DNA of 64,000 nt from Nitrospirota bacterium (GCA_963790025.1 CAWBMP010000004.1:832001-896000); one strand, 5' to 3'; shown: positions 30,554 to 40,753, counted from the first letter of the stretch. Notes: generated from the letters alone by a model not told the origin. Program-made: numbers and translations.

Positions 30554-30919
30554 TTAGGCATTTTTTTCCGAAGTCTCTGTCACCGTAACCTTGCCGGTCT
30601 TGACCGCATCTGCTATAAAACCTACTGTCCAGCCCAGCACTCCGGACCCGACAATAAAAACAACCGCCGACATAAGCAGCCCCAGTATCATGGAAAAGGC
30701 AACAATCAGTCTCGGCATTATCGCCCCGGCTGATACGGCCCCGAACAGTATCTCCCCGATCTTCAATCCGCCCATGCCCCCGATAAATATTCCAGGAAGC
30801 AGCCCCACCAGGACAAACAGTATCAGTCCCATTCCCGTTCCTATATACAATCCCTTTTTTGCCATCTCGTTCTCGCTTCCGTGCCTGCTGTTGGTTGACA
30901 TTTTATTTTCCTCCTTCAT
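30554..30919 (-). CDS. Gly-rich small membrane protein, paralog 2
   Basis: MAKKGLYIGTGMGLILF.L.GLLPG.FIGG; clear paralog of 30934-31260. Confidence 0.8.
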   Translation of the reverse strand: MKEENKMSTNSRHGSENEMAKKGLYIGTGMGLILFVLVGLLPGIFIGGMGGLKIGEILFGAVSAGAIMPRLIVAFSMILGLLMSAVVFIVGSGVLGWTVGFIADAVKTGKVTVTETSEKNA

Positions 30920-30933
30920 TGTGTTGTATTTTA

Positions 30934-31260
30934 TTATTCGCTTTTAATTGTATGTTCCACGACAACGGTCCTGCCTTCCCTAACAACATCAACAGCATGA
31001 CCTACGAGCCAGCCGATCAATGCACTGCCCACAACAAATACCACCCCGGCCAGCATCACTCCCATTACCATAGATGCTCCAACTATGATCCTCGGCAGCA
31101 CCGTTGCTTCCAGTGGCAGCCCAAAAATACTGCCCGCTATGTTGATCCCGATGACGCCGCCTATAAATGACCCGGGCAGCAACCCCATAAGTGCAAATAA
31201 GACCAATCCTGCTCCTGCTCCGGTATATAATCCCTTTTTTGCCATCTCACCCTTTTTCAT
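30934..31260 (-). CDS. Gly-rich small membrane protein, paralog 1
   Basis: MAKKGLYTGAGAGLVLFALMGLLPGSFIGG; AAGGAGG SD. Confidence 0.82.
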   Translation of the reverse strand: MKKGEMAKKGLYTGAGAGLVLFALMGLLPGSFIGGVIGINIAGSIFGLPLEATVLPRIIVGASMVMGVMLAGVVFVVGSALIGWLVGHAVDVVREGRTVVVEHTIKSE

Positions 31261-31309
31261 CTCTTTGTACCTCCTTCTTGTACTCTTGTCTGCATCTTAC
31301 CTTTATATA

Positions 31310-31325
31310 TGCATTCCTCATGCCA
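31310..31325 (-). promoter_or_regulatory. Sigma54 (-24/-12) promoter
   Basis: Minus strand TGGCATGAGGAATGCA fits TGGCACG-N4-TTGCW spacing; upstream inverted repeat TGCAAAAG-N9-CTTTTGCA at 31379-31403. Confidence 0.7.
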
Positions 31326-31423
31326 ATGATGAATGGGTTGATTTTCAAAGGGTTTAATCCATCAATCTTTGGCATAATTGCAAAAGGGGACGTTTCTTTT
31401 GCATAACTGCAAAAATGAATCTC

Positions 31424-32314
31424 TTAATCTGTAAACTGTTGCGGGTTTTTAGACCGGTGGCATTTGCCGCACAGTTTTTTTGCAATGCCCTTGCCTATAA
31501 CCCAGGAATGCGGCTTATGGCAGTACATACAGTCCAGACCTTTCTGTAAATGCAGGGCATGCTGACCCGTAGACGCCTCCTTCTGGTGGCACTTGCTTAC
31601 GCATGTCGGGGCCGTAGCTTTGATGCCATGGGGATTGTGGCACTGGTGACAGAGAAAGTCCGACATCGGACCCTTTTCCGGAATAAGAGTGTGGCACCTG
31701 GTGCAGCGGTCCCTGGGTATCATTGAGGGTGTTTTTTCAGAAAAAGAATGGCACTTGAGACATGACAACGGCTCCCTGTTGAGACCATGCACGCCCTTGT
31801 TCTTATGGCAGTTCCAGCACGCTGTTTGATCAGGAGCGAAATTATGCAGCGCTACTGCGTGACACACCTTGCATTCCAGTTTCTGCATAAAAACATGTCT
31901 GGCATGGCCGTATGATTTCCTCATCGTCAGAGATCCCTGGTCAATATTATCCATGTGGCAATCCCTGCAAGCTTTCCACGGTTTTTCACGGCCATGCGTC
32001 TGCGCCAACGGCTGGTTTCCCTTTAGAACATACGCAATAAGGAGACGGTTTTTCTCAAGAATGCTCAACTGGTGGCACTTCTGGCAGACCACGTCCCAGT
32101 GCTTCCCTTTTTGCCATTCGTTATAGGCCTCCTTCATCAAGTGGCATGATGCGCAAAACCGCGGATCGTCCTCCGAATAGCTGTAGTAACGGTAACCGAC
32201 AATGGCACTGAGAACAGCAACAGTTACGAATGCGGCCAGAACAACTCCCTTGAAATGTTCCAGTACGTTTTCGACCGCTTCATCAAGTTTTCTGCGTATT
32301 TTATCAGAGGTCAT
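31424..32314 (-). CDS. Membrane-anchored multiheme cytochrome c (NapC/NirT-like N-terminus)
   Basis: One TM helix, FCASCHLM...W....H; 10 CxxCH plus 1 CxxxCH (CVSKCH). Confidence 0.88.
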   Translation of the reverse strand: MTSDKIRRKLDEAVENVLEHFKGVVLAAFVTVAVLSAIVGYRYYSYSEDDPRFCASCHLMKEAYNEWQKGKHWDVVCQKCHQLSILEKNRLLIAYVLKGNQPLAQTHGREKPWKACRDCHMDNIDQGSLTMRKSYGHARHVFMQKLECKVCHAVALHNFAPDQTACWNCHKNKGVHGLNREPLSCLKCHSFSEKTPSMIPRDRCTRCHTLIPEKGPMSDFLCHQCHNPHGIKATAPTCVSKCHQKEASTGQHALHLQKGLDCMYCHKPHSWVIGKGIAKKLCGKCHRSKNPQQFTD

Positions 32315-32795
32315 TGATTTGAGCGGCAATCTCCTTTAATAAACACACCGCTTGAGCTGCTATCCCCTCTCCCCTGCCGGTAAATCCCATACCTTCGTTG
32401 GTCTTTGCCTTAATATTGATGCCCGGTGAGGGTATTCCTGCCGCAGCAAAAGATGCTTTCATTGAATCTATAAATGGAGCGAGTTTCGGTCTTTCTGCAA
32501 TAACGACAGCGTCAACCCATGCAACTGCATAGCCGGAAGAACGCACGAGCTCCAAAATATGCCGCAAGAGCAGCATGCTTGAGGCATCTTTCCATCTTTC
32601 GTCGGTATCAGGAAAATGCTTCCCTATGTCTCCGGCGCCAAGCGCGCCGATAAGCGCATCGATAACGGCATGGCAAAGGACATCTGCGTCGGAATGGCCA
32701 AGCAGTCCTTTTTCAAAAGGGACATCCACACCGCCGATTGTCAGGCGCCTGCCTGCAACAAGCCGGTGAGAATCGTATCCAATGCCTATACGCAT
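32304..32795 (-). CDS. ispF: MECDP synthase
   Basis: RIGIGYDSH, HSDADV, DIGKHFPD, KAKTNE. Confidence 0.96.
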   Translation of the reverse strand: MRIGIGYDSHRLVAGRRLTIGGVDVPFEKGLLGHSDADVLCHAVIDALIGALGAGDIGKHFPDTDERWKDASSMLLLRHILELVRSSGYAVAWVDAVVIAERPKLAPFIDSMKASFAAAGIPSPGINIKAKTNEGMGFTGRGEGIAAQAVCLLKEIAAQINDL

Positions 32796-33538
32796 GATTT
32801 CAAATACAGGGCCTCTGCAATATAGATATCTTCCAGCGTGGTGATTTTTAAATTCAAATATGAGCCCTCAATAACCTTTACGCGTCCCCCGTAATGCTCG
32901 ATCAGAGCGGCATCGTCAGTTGCATAAAACCCTTCGGCACGGGCCCGCTCATGGGCATCTCTCAGCTTTACAGACCTGAAAGTCTGCGGCGTTTGTATAG
33001 CACGGAGCACCTGCCGGTCCAATGTCCTTTTCACTAAGCTGCCTTTTCCATTGCCGCCCAGTTTACAACCTTTAACAGTCTTTCCGCGTGGTTTCACCTC
33101 TTTTATTGTATCCTTCACAGGAACACCTGCAATAATACCGTCGACACCCCGCAGTCCCGATATGGTCGCCCTGATCAGCAAACTGTCCACAAGCGGCCTG
33201 GCGCCGTCATGGATAACGACTATAGAAGTACCTTCATCAAGGGCACTGAGCCCGTTATAAACGGAATCCTGCCGTTCCCGCCCCCCCGGCACAATGAGCC
33301 TGACTTTGGCAATTTTATAGTGTGCTACCAGTTCGGCAGCAGCCTTCAAATCCTCTTCCTTGACTACAGGGACAATCTCGCCGATCTCCTCAACCGCCTG
33401 GAGCGCCTGGAGCGCCCAGACAATGAGAGGTTTGCCCAAAAGCACATACATCGGCTTGTTTTCTCCAGTCCCGAAACGCCTGCCGAGTCCTGCGGCAGGA
33501 ACGATTGCAGCAATCTTATTTGTTTTATTTCTTTTCAT
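32786..33538 (-). CDS. ispD: MEP cytidylyltransferase
   Basis: PAAGLGRR, GGRERQDSV, IHDGARP, QTPQ, TDD. Confidence 0.95.
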   Translation of the reverse strand: MKRNKTNKIAAIVPAAGLGRRFGTGENKPMYVLLGKPLIVWALQALQAVEEIGEIVPVVKEEDLKAAAELVAHYKIAKVRLIVPGGRERQDSVYNGLSALDEGTSIVVIHDGARPLVDSLLIRATISGLRGVDGIIAGVPVKDTIKEVKPRGKTVKGCKLGGNGKGSLVKRTLDRQVLRAIQTPQTFRSVKLRDAHERARAEGFYATDDAALIEHYGGRVKVIEGSYLNLKITTLEDIYIAEALYLKSCV

Positions 33539-33569
33539 AGACGCTATAACGCCTTATGCTCAACGCGCT

Positions 33570-34556
33570 TTATTGTTCCTCTTCCTTTAACTTAGCAAAA
33601 ATCATTCTTCCGGCAGTTGTCTGCAAAACGCTCGTTACCACCACTTCTACATTCTTTCCAATAAGCTTTCTGGCATTTTCAATTACTACCATAGTCCCGT
33701 CATCCAGGTAAGCAACACCCTGGTTGTATTCCTTCCCCTCTTTGACTATGAAGAGGCCGAGGGTCTCTCCGGGGAGCACTACAGGCTTAAGCACATTTGC
33801 AAGCTCATTGATGTTCAGTACGGACACTCCCTGCAATTGCGCCACCTTGTTCAGGTTGAAATCATTGGTGATGATCTTGCCGTTCAGAAGCCGGGCCAGG
33901 GAAATGAGTTTGGCATCGACCTCTTTTATTTTCGGGAAATCCTCTTCTACAATCCTGACCTTTATGTTCGACATTTTCTGAATGCGGTGCAGAACGTCAA
34001 GGCCGCGCCTTCCCTTCGATCTCCTCATGGGATCAGGAGAATCCGCGATGTACTGAAGTTCCTGAAGTATAAACTGGGCGATAATGAACGTGCCCTCAAG
34101 AAAGCCTGCTTCGATGACCTCCGCTATTCGGCCGTCGATAATTACGCTGGTATCAAGGACCTTCAGTCCTTCTTCGAGTTCCTGTCCCTTGAACAGCCTC
34201 ATCGTCGCCGGGATGGTAAGATTTTTCCCCCTGTAAAGCCCCACAAAAAGACCTCCGTACCCAAGTATCGCACTCAGGGCAAACGCAGATACTGTCCAAT
34301 TCTCACCGACTATGATTGCGTGAAGTGGAAATAAAAGGAGGTTGGCGAATAAGAGCCCTATCACCAGGCCCAGAAGTCCTCCAAGCACTGACCCGAAAGA
34401 GACCTTGCTCAGCCTCATTTCTACAACTATAGTGATTAAACCCAGGACAAGACCGGTAACTAATCCCTGCGCAATAAAATCATATTTTAATCCGTAAAAA
34501 TATCCTGCCAACAAAAAGACCGCTAATGTGATAATCCGTGCAAGTAGCGTAGACAC
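33570..34556 (-). CDS. PIN/TRAM domain membrane protein (YacL-like)
   Basis: TM helices, [36 protein letters not shown]; typical position before ispDF. Confidence 0.92.
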   Translation of the reverse strand: MSTLLARIITLAVFLLAGYFYGLKYDFIAQGLVTGLVLGLITIVVEMRLSKVSFGSVLGGLLGLVIGLLFANLLLFPLHAIIVGENWTVSAFALSAILGYGGLFVGLYRGKNLTIPATMRLFKGQELEEGLKVLDTSVIIDGRIAEVIEAGFLEGTFIIAQFILQELQYIADSPDPMRRSKGRRGLDVLHRIQKMSNIKVRIVEEDFPKIKEVDAKLISLARLLNGKIITNDFNLNKVAQLQGVSVLNINELANVLKPVVLPGETLGLFIVKEGKEYNQGVAYLDDGTMVVIENARKLIGKNVEVVVTSVLQTTAGRMIFAKLKEEEQ

Positions 34557-34584
34557 ATGTTCTCACCTCCTTTCCATTGAAAAT

Positions 34585-34693
34585 CAGTAAGCAGTAAGCA
34601 GTAGGAAGTAGGCAGCAAAAGATTAAAGACTCAACTAATTTTTTTACTGCTTTACTGCTTACTGCTTATTGCCTACTGTTTACTGTCTATTGC
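34585..34693. repeat. Inverted heptamer tandem arrays
   Basis: CAGTAAG-like units at 34585-34615 facing TTACTGC-like units at 34644-34693. Confidence 0.8.
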
Positions 34694-36141
34694 GGTGATA
34701 ATGCGACGTAAAACTTTTTACCGCTGCGATTAACGAACAGCAAGACAGTATCACTCGGCTTCACTTTGGCCGCAGCCTTGCTGAATTCATTCAGATTCGA
34801 TATCTTCTGCCTGTCAACCTCTTGCACGATGTCACCCTTTTTAAGACCGGCCTCTTCCGCAGGCGAGCCCGCTTCTATTTTGACCACAACTACTCCCTTC
34901 TCGTCCTTTTCAATACCAAGCTGCTTCATAACAGCTCGATTAAGGTCCATGGCTGCCATGCCGGAGAGGGCATTTCCGTCAGATTCCTGTTTCGAAGATG
35001 TGCTCAGTACTGTATCGCTGCCATCCGCCGGCAGTTCGACAATATGCACAGCAGCAGCCAGTATCTTATCTCTTCTCAACAATTTGATGCTGACCTGCGA
35101 ACCAATACTGCTTTGGGCCACAATATTTCTGAGGACACCCACATCTGCGACCTTTTTCCCGTCAAATTCAAGAATTATATCTCCCCTGACTATGCCGGCC
35201 ATTTGTGCGGGACTCCCTTGCGCAACGTCACTGACAAGGGCGCCTTCCGAGAGTTTAAGGCCAAACTTCTGCGCCAGCTCAGGCGTAAGTTCCTGGATAG
35301 TCACACCTATCCACCCGCGGAGCACCTTGCCCCTTTTCAACAGTTGGTCCATAACGAGGCGAACCATGTTACTCGGCACAGCAAATCCGATGCCCTGGTA
35401 ACCGCCTGTTTTGGAGAAAATTGCAGTATTTATTCCGATCAATTCGCCTTTTATATTCACCAGAGGGCCTCCCGAATTGCCGGGATTTATAGCGGCATCC
35501 GTCTGGATAAAATTCTCGTAATCGGCAATTCCGACATCAGCACGCCCGATAGCGCTTACGATGCCCATTGTAACTGTGTGACTCAATGCAAAAGGGTTGC
35601 CGATGGCAAGAACAAATTCACCTACCTGGAGTTTTTCGGAATCGCCCCATGGGATAACTGGCAGGTCTTTGGCATCGATTCGTATGACAGCAAGATCTGT
35701 TTTTGGATCGGACCCGATTATTTTTGCCCTGAAACTCCTCTTGTCAAAGAGGATCACCTTAATCTCATCCGACTGCTCAACCACGTGGTTATTCGTTACA
35801 ATATAGCCATCAGGAGAGGCGATAAGTCCTGAGCCCAAGCTTTGCTCTTTCCATTTTTTAGAGCGGTCATCAGGGAAGGGATACAGAAAATCAAAAAACT
35901 CGTCAAAGGGTGTCGGCTGCCGTTTAAGGGTCTTGATACTGGAAATATTGACAACCGCCGGCGAAACTGCCCTCACTATGTCGGCAAAACCACGAGAGGT
36001 CTCTGTAACTGAGCCGGACACGCTGGGAGTAAAAGGTCTATACGATGGAGCGGTGTTCTTGCTCAAGATATGGTAGGTAACGCCTCCCAGAAGGAATCCT
36101 ATCAGCAGAAGTACCGGTATCCAGAGAATTTGTTTCTTCAT
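34687..36141 (-). CDS. DegP/DegQ serine endoprotease with two PDZ domains
   Basis: TNNHV, DLAV, QTDAAINPGNSGGPL. Confidence 0.94.
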   Translation of the reverse strand: MKKQILWIPVLLLIGFLLGGVTYHILSKNTAPSYRPFTPSVSGSVTETSRGFADIVRAVSPAVVNISSIKTLKRQPTPFDEFFDFLYPFPDDRSKKWKEQSLGSGLIASPDGYIVTNNHVVEQSDEIKVILFDKRSFRAKIIGSDPKTDLAVIRIDAKDLPVIPWGDSEKLQVGEFVLAIGNPFALSHTVTMGIVSAIGRADVGIADYENFIQTDAAINPGNSGGPLVNIKGELIGINTAIFSKTGGYQGIGFAVPSNMVRLVMDQLLKRGKVLRGWIGVTIQELTPELAQKFGLKLSEGALVSDVAQGSPAQMAGIVRGDIILEFDGKKVADVGVLRNIVAQSSIGSQVSIKLLRRDKILAAAVHIVELPADGSDTVLSTSSKQESDGNALSGMAAMDLNRAVMKQLGIEKDEKGVVVVKIEAGSPAEEAGLKKGDIVQEVDRQKISNLNEFSKAAAKVKPSDTVLLFVNRSGKKFYVALSPQ

Positions 36142-36146
36142 ATCTG

Positions 36147-38075
36147 TTATTTTAACATTAATCTTCTTATATCCCCAACCCGCAGGGTGATTTTTTTAGA
36201 GTCGAGATACTCAGCAAAAGGAAGGGCATATTTGCGAGTGGTGCCGAGCATGTCTCTGAATTCAGCAATGGACATTTCGCTTTTTCCGGCATAGAACTTC
36301 TTGAGCAAGCCGATCATTGTATCGTATCGCTCCTTGGTTATGAAGATAGAATCGTTGATTCTTACCAGCAAGTTCTCTTTGGTTAGGAGCATTAGAAGAT
36401 CATTGAGTTCTTTTTCCCTGATTGACAATTTCTGGGCAATCTCATTCTTGAGCGAGGGCTGAAAGCCCTCTTCACCGAGTGCAGTCAGTATCTTCTGCTT
36501 TGTCCCTTCGTCCACATTTGAGAGAGCAACGCTAAAGCCGGCAAGACGCACAATATCCTTGTCTGCCGTCAGGTCCTTTATCATGGCGACAAGACCGTCA
36601 AAGACCTTTTCATCCTCTTTCCGGCCAACCCTTACCCTGGCCCTCAACTCCTCCCTTGGCACCCCCTGTCTCAAAGGATTTTCCTTGTGAAAACAGCTAA
36701 TTTCGGACAATACAGCTTCCCTGAACTCATCAAAACTGTCTTTGTGGAAAAGAAGGTCATGACTTTTAACCAGGACCTTCTCCCTTAAAAGTTTTTCAAC
36801 AGCCGATCCTATTTCCTTGAGATTTCCCTGCACCCAACCGATAATCTCATCGGTGGAAACCCCTCTAAGCCGGGCACGCCTGACTTTCATTCCGATCTTG
36901 TCCTCAAGCGCTCCCTGCTTTAAAACCACAAGGTCATCCATACCAGCATTTCTTCTCCTCCGGACAGGAAAGGGATCAAGGATTTCACCGCCTCCGATTG
37001 TCTCCAGCGGCGAGAACCTGCGGATGATGTACCGGTCGCCGGAAAGCACTACTACAGGATCTTCAAGGCGGAACTGGCAGTAGCAGGAACCACCGGGTTT
37101 TACATCCCTGCCGGCCTCCCTGCTGTTGTAAATAATAATCCGCGCTATAGTCTCGGAGGTGCCTGTATAAAAATGAACGCGGTCCCTATTCTTGATTACA
37201 GGCGCATCCTTCAGCATTTGAAGTTCGGCATCGAGCGCCCGTGTAGGCAGAAGTTTATCGGAATCAACTACCACATCTCCCCTCTTGAGTAACTCCCGGT
37301 CCACGCCCTGGAGATTAATCCCTATCCTCTGTCCGGCATATGCCTTTTCGGTGCCCCTGCCGTGAGTTTGAAGCCCCCTCACCCTCGTCGCAATTTTCGA
37401 AGGGAGTATCTCTATGGGACTGTCCAGGGTCAGGGCCCCGGATAGGGCGGTCCCAGTAACCACTGTCCCGAATCCTTTTAGCGTAAAAACCCTGTCGATA
37501 GGCATTCTGAAAAGCCCTTCGGTAAGTTTGGGCTGCACTTTCAACGCAATCTCCCTGATCCGGTCTTTCAGAGTGTCGATATGCAGTCCCGTTTTTGCAG
37601 AAACCGGGATTATCTCAGCATGCTCGAGAAAAGTGCCTTTCACAAAACCCCGTATATCGTCAATCACAAGGCCCAGCCAGTCCTGCTCAACAAGGTCCGT
37701 CTTCGTTAGAGCGATGATCCCAGCCTTGATTTTCAGCAACTCACATATGGCAAGATGCTCCCTGCTCTGGGGCATTATTCCTTCATCGGCGGCTATTGCC
37801 ATCAGGAGAATATCAATGCCGCCGGCACCCGCCAGCATATTTTTAATAAGCCGTTCGTGGCCGGGAACATCCACAATTCCGACAGTGAGGCCGTCAGGGT
37901 AAACGAGACTGGCAAACCCGAGGTCGATGGTAATGCCACGCTCCTTCTCTTCTTTAAGCCTGTCGGGATCTATGCCGGTGAGCGCCTTTACAAGAGAACT
38001 CTTGCCGTGATCAATATGACCGGCTGTGCCGAGGACAATACTTTTGGAACTATGAACGACCGACAAATTCATCAA
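36147..38075 (-). CDS. selB: Selenocysteine-specific elongation factor
   Basis: [27 protein letters not shown]-terminal winged helices with RKYA. Confidence 0.95.
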   Translation of the reverse strand: MMNLSVVHSSKSIVLGTAGHIDHGKSSLVKALTGIDPDRLKEEKERGITIDLGFASLVYPDGLTVGIVDVPGHERLIKNMLAGAGGIDILLMAIAADEGIMPQSREHLAICELLKIKAGIIALTKTDLVEQDWLGLVIDDIRGFVKGTFLEHAEIIPVSAKTGLHIDTLKDRIREIALKVQPKLTEGLFRMPIDRVFTLKGFGTVVTGTALSGALTLDSPIEILPSKIATRVRGLQTHGRGTEKAYAGQRIGINLQGVDRELLKRGDVVVDSDKLLPTRALDAELQMLKDAPVIKNRDRVHFYTGTSETIARIIIYNSREAGRDVKPGGSCYCQFRLEDPVVVLSGDRYIIRRFSPLETIGGGEILDPFPVRRRRNAGMDDLVVLKQGALEDKIGMKVRRARLRGVSTDEIIGWVQGNLKEIGSAVEKLLREKVLVKSHDLLFHKDSFDEFREAVLSEISCFHKENPLRQGVPREELRARVRVGRKEDEKVFDGLVAMIKDLTADKDIVRLAGFSVALSNVDEGTKQKILTALGEEGFQPSLKNEIAQKLSIREKELNDLLMLLTKENLLVRINDSIFITKERYDTMIGLLKKFYAGKSEMSIAEFRDMLGTTRKYALPFAEYLDSKKITLRVGDIRRLMLK

Positions 38076-38688
38076 AGCCCTTGAGTATTTTCAGGCCGAG
38101 TTCCTGGCTCTTTTCGGGATGGAACTGTGTTGCAAAGATGTTGTCTTTCCACACCATCGAGACAAAATCAACTCCGTAATCCGTCCGTGCCGCAACAACA
38201 CCGCCGTCTTCCGGTACAACATAAAATGAGTGAACAAAATAGAAATATGCATTATCCTGAATGCCGTTAAATATGGGCGGCTTTCTGAGCAGCCTCGCAT
38301 TATTCCACCCCATGTGGGGGATTTTCAAAGTGGTACTGTCTTCCGTCTTCTGTACGTCAAACCTGAACTTGACGACCCTCCCTCTGAAAACATCCATCCC
38401 CTTGCACAAACCGAACTCTTCCGATTCCGTGAATAGTATTTGCAGACCAAGACATATGCCGAGATAGGGTTTGCCTTTTCCAATTTCCCTCACAATACAG
38501 TCGAGGAGGCGCAAGTCATCGAGATTTTGCATACAGTCCTTGAAAGCGCCCACTCCCGGCAGCACAATACCCTTTGCGTCGGCAATGACCTTCGGGTCAG
38601 CAGTTATTCTGACATCAGCGCCGATTTTTATAAATGCCTTCTCGACACTCCTGATGTTTCCCATGCCATAATCAACAATAGCGATCAT
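38050..38688 (-). CDS. hisH: Imidazole glycerol phosphate synthase glutaminase subunit
   Basis: DYGMGN, LPGVGAF, GICLG, PHMGWN, FVHS, QFHPEKS. Confidence 0.96.
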   Translation of the reverse strand: MIAIVDYGMGNIRSVEKAFIKIGADVRITADPKVIADAKGIVLPGVGAFKDCMQNLDDLRLLDCIVREIGKGKPYLGICLGLQILFTESEEFGLCKGMDVFRGRVVKFRFDVQKTEDSTTLKIPHMGWNNARLLRKPPIFNGIQDNAYFYFVHSFYVVPEDGGVVAARTDYGVDFVSMVWKDNIFATQFHPEKSQELGLKILKGFDEFVGRS

Positions 38689-38729
38689 TTTTGAATCTCC
38701 CCAGCAAGTAATTCACACAGTGGTTAATG

Positions 38730-38905
38730 TAGTGAACGATGTGTCTCTGGAGCGAATCGCGTGGTCTTGGTAACAGTTCTTGGCGAAGTGAGCGTTAAGC
38801 AGTCGCAATATCTGAGCCCAACGGGCGGGTTTTGCGACTGCAGCGAACAAGCCTTTAGAACTGTCAAGACGCAGCGTCTGAGCGGAAGAGATACATCGTT
38901 CACTA
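38730..38905. repeat. Long imperfect palindromic element (176 bp), MITE/REP-like or structured RNA
   Basis: Nested stems TAGTGAACGATGTGTCTCT/AGAGATACATCGTTCACTA, ACAGTTCT/AGAACTGT, GCAGTCGCAA/TTGCGACTGC, GCCC/GGGC. Confidence 0.8.
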
Positions 38906-38981
38906 AACTGTCCGGTTACAGAAAAAGCATCTGACCAACCTGTTTTTAAATTATAATACAATAAAATGGAGGGAACAGTAT

Positions 38982-40121
38982 ATGAATAATCCATTCCCGA
39001 TTAATAAAGAACGGCTGATAAATACCTTTATCGAACTCATCAAAGTCAACTCCCCATCGTTTGACGAACGAGCGATAGGAGAATTGCTTGCGGGGAAATT
39101 ACGCGGCGCCGGCTGCAGCGTAACCATGCAGGACTACGGCGACTCTTTTAATCTTATCGCTTTTAAGGAAGGTGTAACCCGTGCCGTACCTCCACTCATT
39201 TTGAGCGCGCACATGGATACAATAGAGCCTACCGAAGGCATCACGTTCTCAATTGAAGACAACATCATCAGGACAACGGGCCCAACAATTCTCGGTGCTG
39301 ACGACAAGAGCGCCATTGCCCAGATAATTGAAGCGCTTCTCGTCCTGCAGGAACAAGACATTCCTCACGGTCACATTGAAATTATCTTAACATCGGCAGA
39401 AGAAAAAGGACTCCACGGCGCAAGGAACCTTGATTTTGGCTCGATAAGGAGCAAACATGCCATAGTTCTGGATTCGAGCGGCAGCGTCGGCAGTCTGGTC
39501 GTCGCAGCCCCTACCCACATCACCTATGAAATCCTTATTGAAGGCAAATCGGCCCATGCCGGAATAGAGCCCGAGCGGGGCATTAATGCCATTCGGGTCG
39601 CCTCCCGCATTATTGCCGAAATCCCTGATGGAAGGATCGATCCCGAAACAACTGCAAACATAGGTATTATCAAAGGAGGAACAGCAACCAATGTTGTCCC
39701 TCAAGAGGTGGTCATAAAGGGAGAGGTGAGAGGACACAACGTTGAGAAAATTGAACAGACAAAAAACGTAATTTTTCAGACTGCCAGACACATTACCGAA
39801 CAGGATCATGCCGGGATTAACATAACGGAGCAGGAAGAATATGCTGCCTACACTATTAGCCGCGAGTCGCCCTTTCTACGTTATCTCGGCAGCATTTTTA
39901 AAAAATGTGCCTTATCGCCGACGCACACGGTTACAGGAGGGGGCTCGGATGCAAATATCTTCAACCAAAGAGGCATACAGGCTATCACTATCTCCACAGG
40001 CATGCAGAAAGTGCATTCAACGGATGAGTTTATACGCATCACAGACCTTTATAACGGCTGCCTCGTTGTTATCAATGCAATAGCAGACTTTGACAAATTT
40101 GGAGAAGCCGCCACTTCCTGA
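38982..40121 (+). CDS. M20 family peptidase T-like metallohydrolase
   Basis: AHMDT, LGADDK, EEKG, AHAGIEPE.G, GGSDAN, VHS. Confidence 0.9.
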   Translation: MNNPFPINKERLINTFIELIKVNSPSFDERAIGELLAGKLRGAGCSVTMQDYGDSFNLIAFKEGVTRAVPPLILSAHMDTIEPTEGITFSIEDNIIRTTGPTILGADDKSAIAQIIEALLVLQEQDIPHGHIEIILTSAEEKGLHGARNLDFGSIRSKHAIVLDSSGSVGSLVVAAPTHITYEILIEGKSAHAGIEPERGINAIRVASRIIAEIPDGRIDPETTANIGIIKGGTATNVVPQEVVIKGEVRGHNVEKIEQTKNVIFQTARHITEQDHAGINITEQEEYAAYTISRESPFLRYLGSIFKKCALSPTHTVTGGGSDANIFNQRGIQAITISTGMQKVHSTDEFIRITDLYNGCLVVINAIADFDKFGEAATS

Positions 40122-40130
40122 CGCCGAAAT

Positions 40131-40586
40131 CTACCTCCTTTTGCACAGACTTCCGGGCGGCGGTTCGTTGATGATCGCCCAGAAACCACCTATCTGTTTA
40201 ATGGCGTCAACAAACTTGTGGAAATCGACCGGCTTTACAACGTAGGCACTTGTGCCGGACTTGTACCCCTCGACTATATCCTTTTCTTCACTGGATGAGG
40301 TGAGGATCACCACCGGTATGACCCTGAGCCTCTCGTCTGCCTTAACCTGCCTGAGAACTTCGAGGCCTCCCACCTTGGGAAGCTTAAGGTCGAGCAAAAC
40401 AACGGCGGGATTACCGTCAGTCCTGCCCGAAAACTTTCCGCGGCAGTAAAAGAAATCCAACGCTTCTTCCCCATCCCGGGCAACTACAATCTCATTGGCA
40501 AAATTGTTTGAAGCAAGGCTTGCAATGATAAGTTCTACATCGTATGGATCATCTTCGACCAGCAAAATACGTTTCAGTTTCGGCAT
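40131..40586 (-). CDS. Single-domain response regulator
   Basis: LLVEDD, LLDLKLP, LTSS, KP. Confidence 0.92.
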   Translation of the reverse strand: MPKLKRILLVEDDPYDVELIIASLASNNFANEIVVARDGEEALDFFYCRGKFSGRTDGNPAVVLLDLKLPKVGGLEVLRQVKADERLRVIPVVILTSSSEEKDIVEGYKSGTSAYVVKPVDFHKFVDAIKQIGGFWAIINEPPPGSLCKRR

Positions 40587-40753
40587 AATATTTCCTTTCT
40601 CTTAATTTAAAAGCCAGGGCAAAATGCTGCACCCCGCAGTGCATTTCTATCGCCGGTTCTTTTTTGGTCCATACTATACCCATATCATATATAAAGATAA
40701 AATACAACAAGGCGCACCCGAATTCCTTAAACGTGGGTTATACTAAAAAGACA

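Noticed and set aside
34822..35832. Long antisense ORFs (336 aa here; also 14684-15424, 19225-19890, 28905-29501)
   Set aside because: Shadow frames opposite well-supported genes, with no motifs
36147..38075. Selenoproteins near selB
   Set aside because: No ORF in the window showed a convincing in-frame UGA at a Cys-equivalent position; not exhaustively excluded
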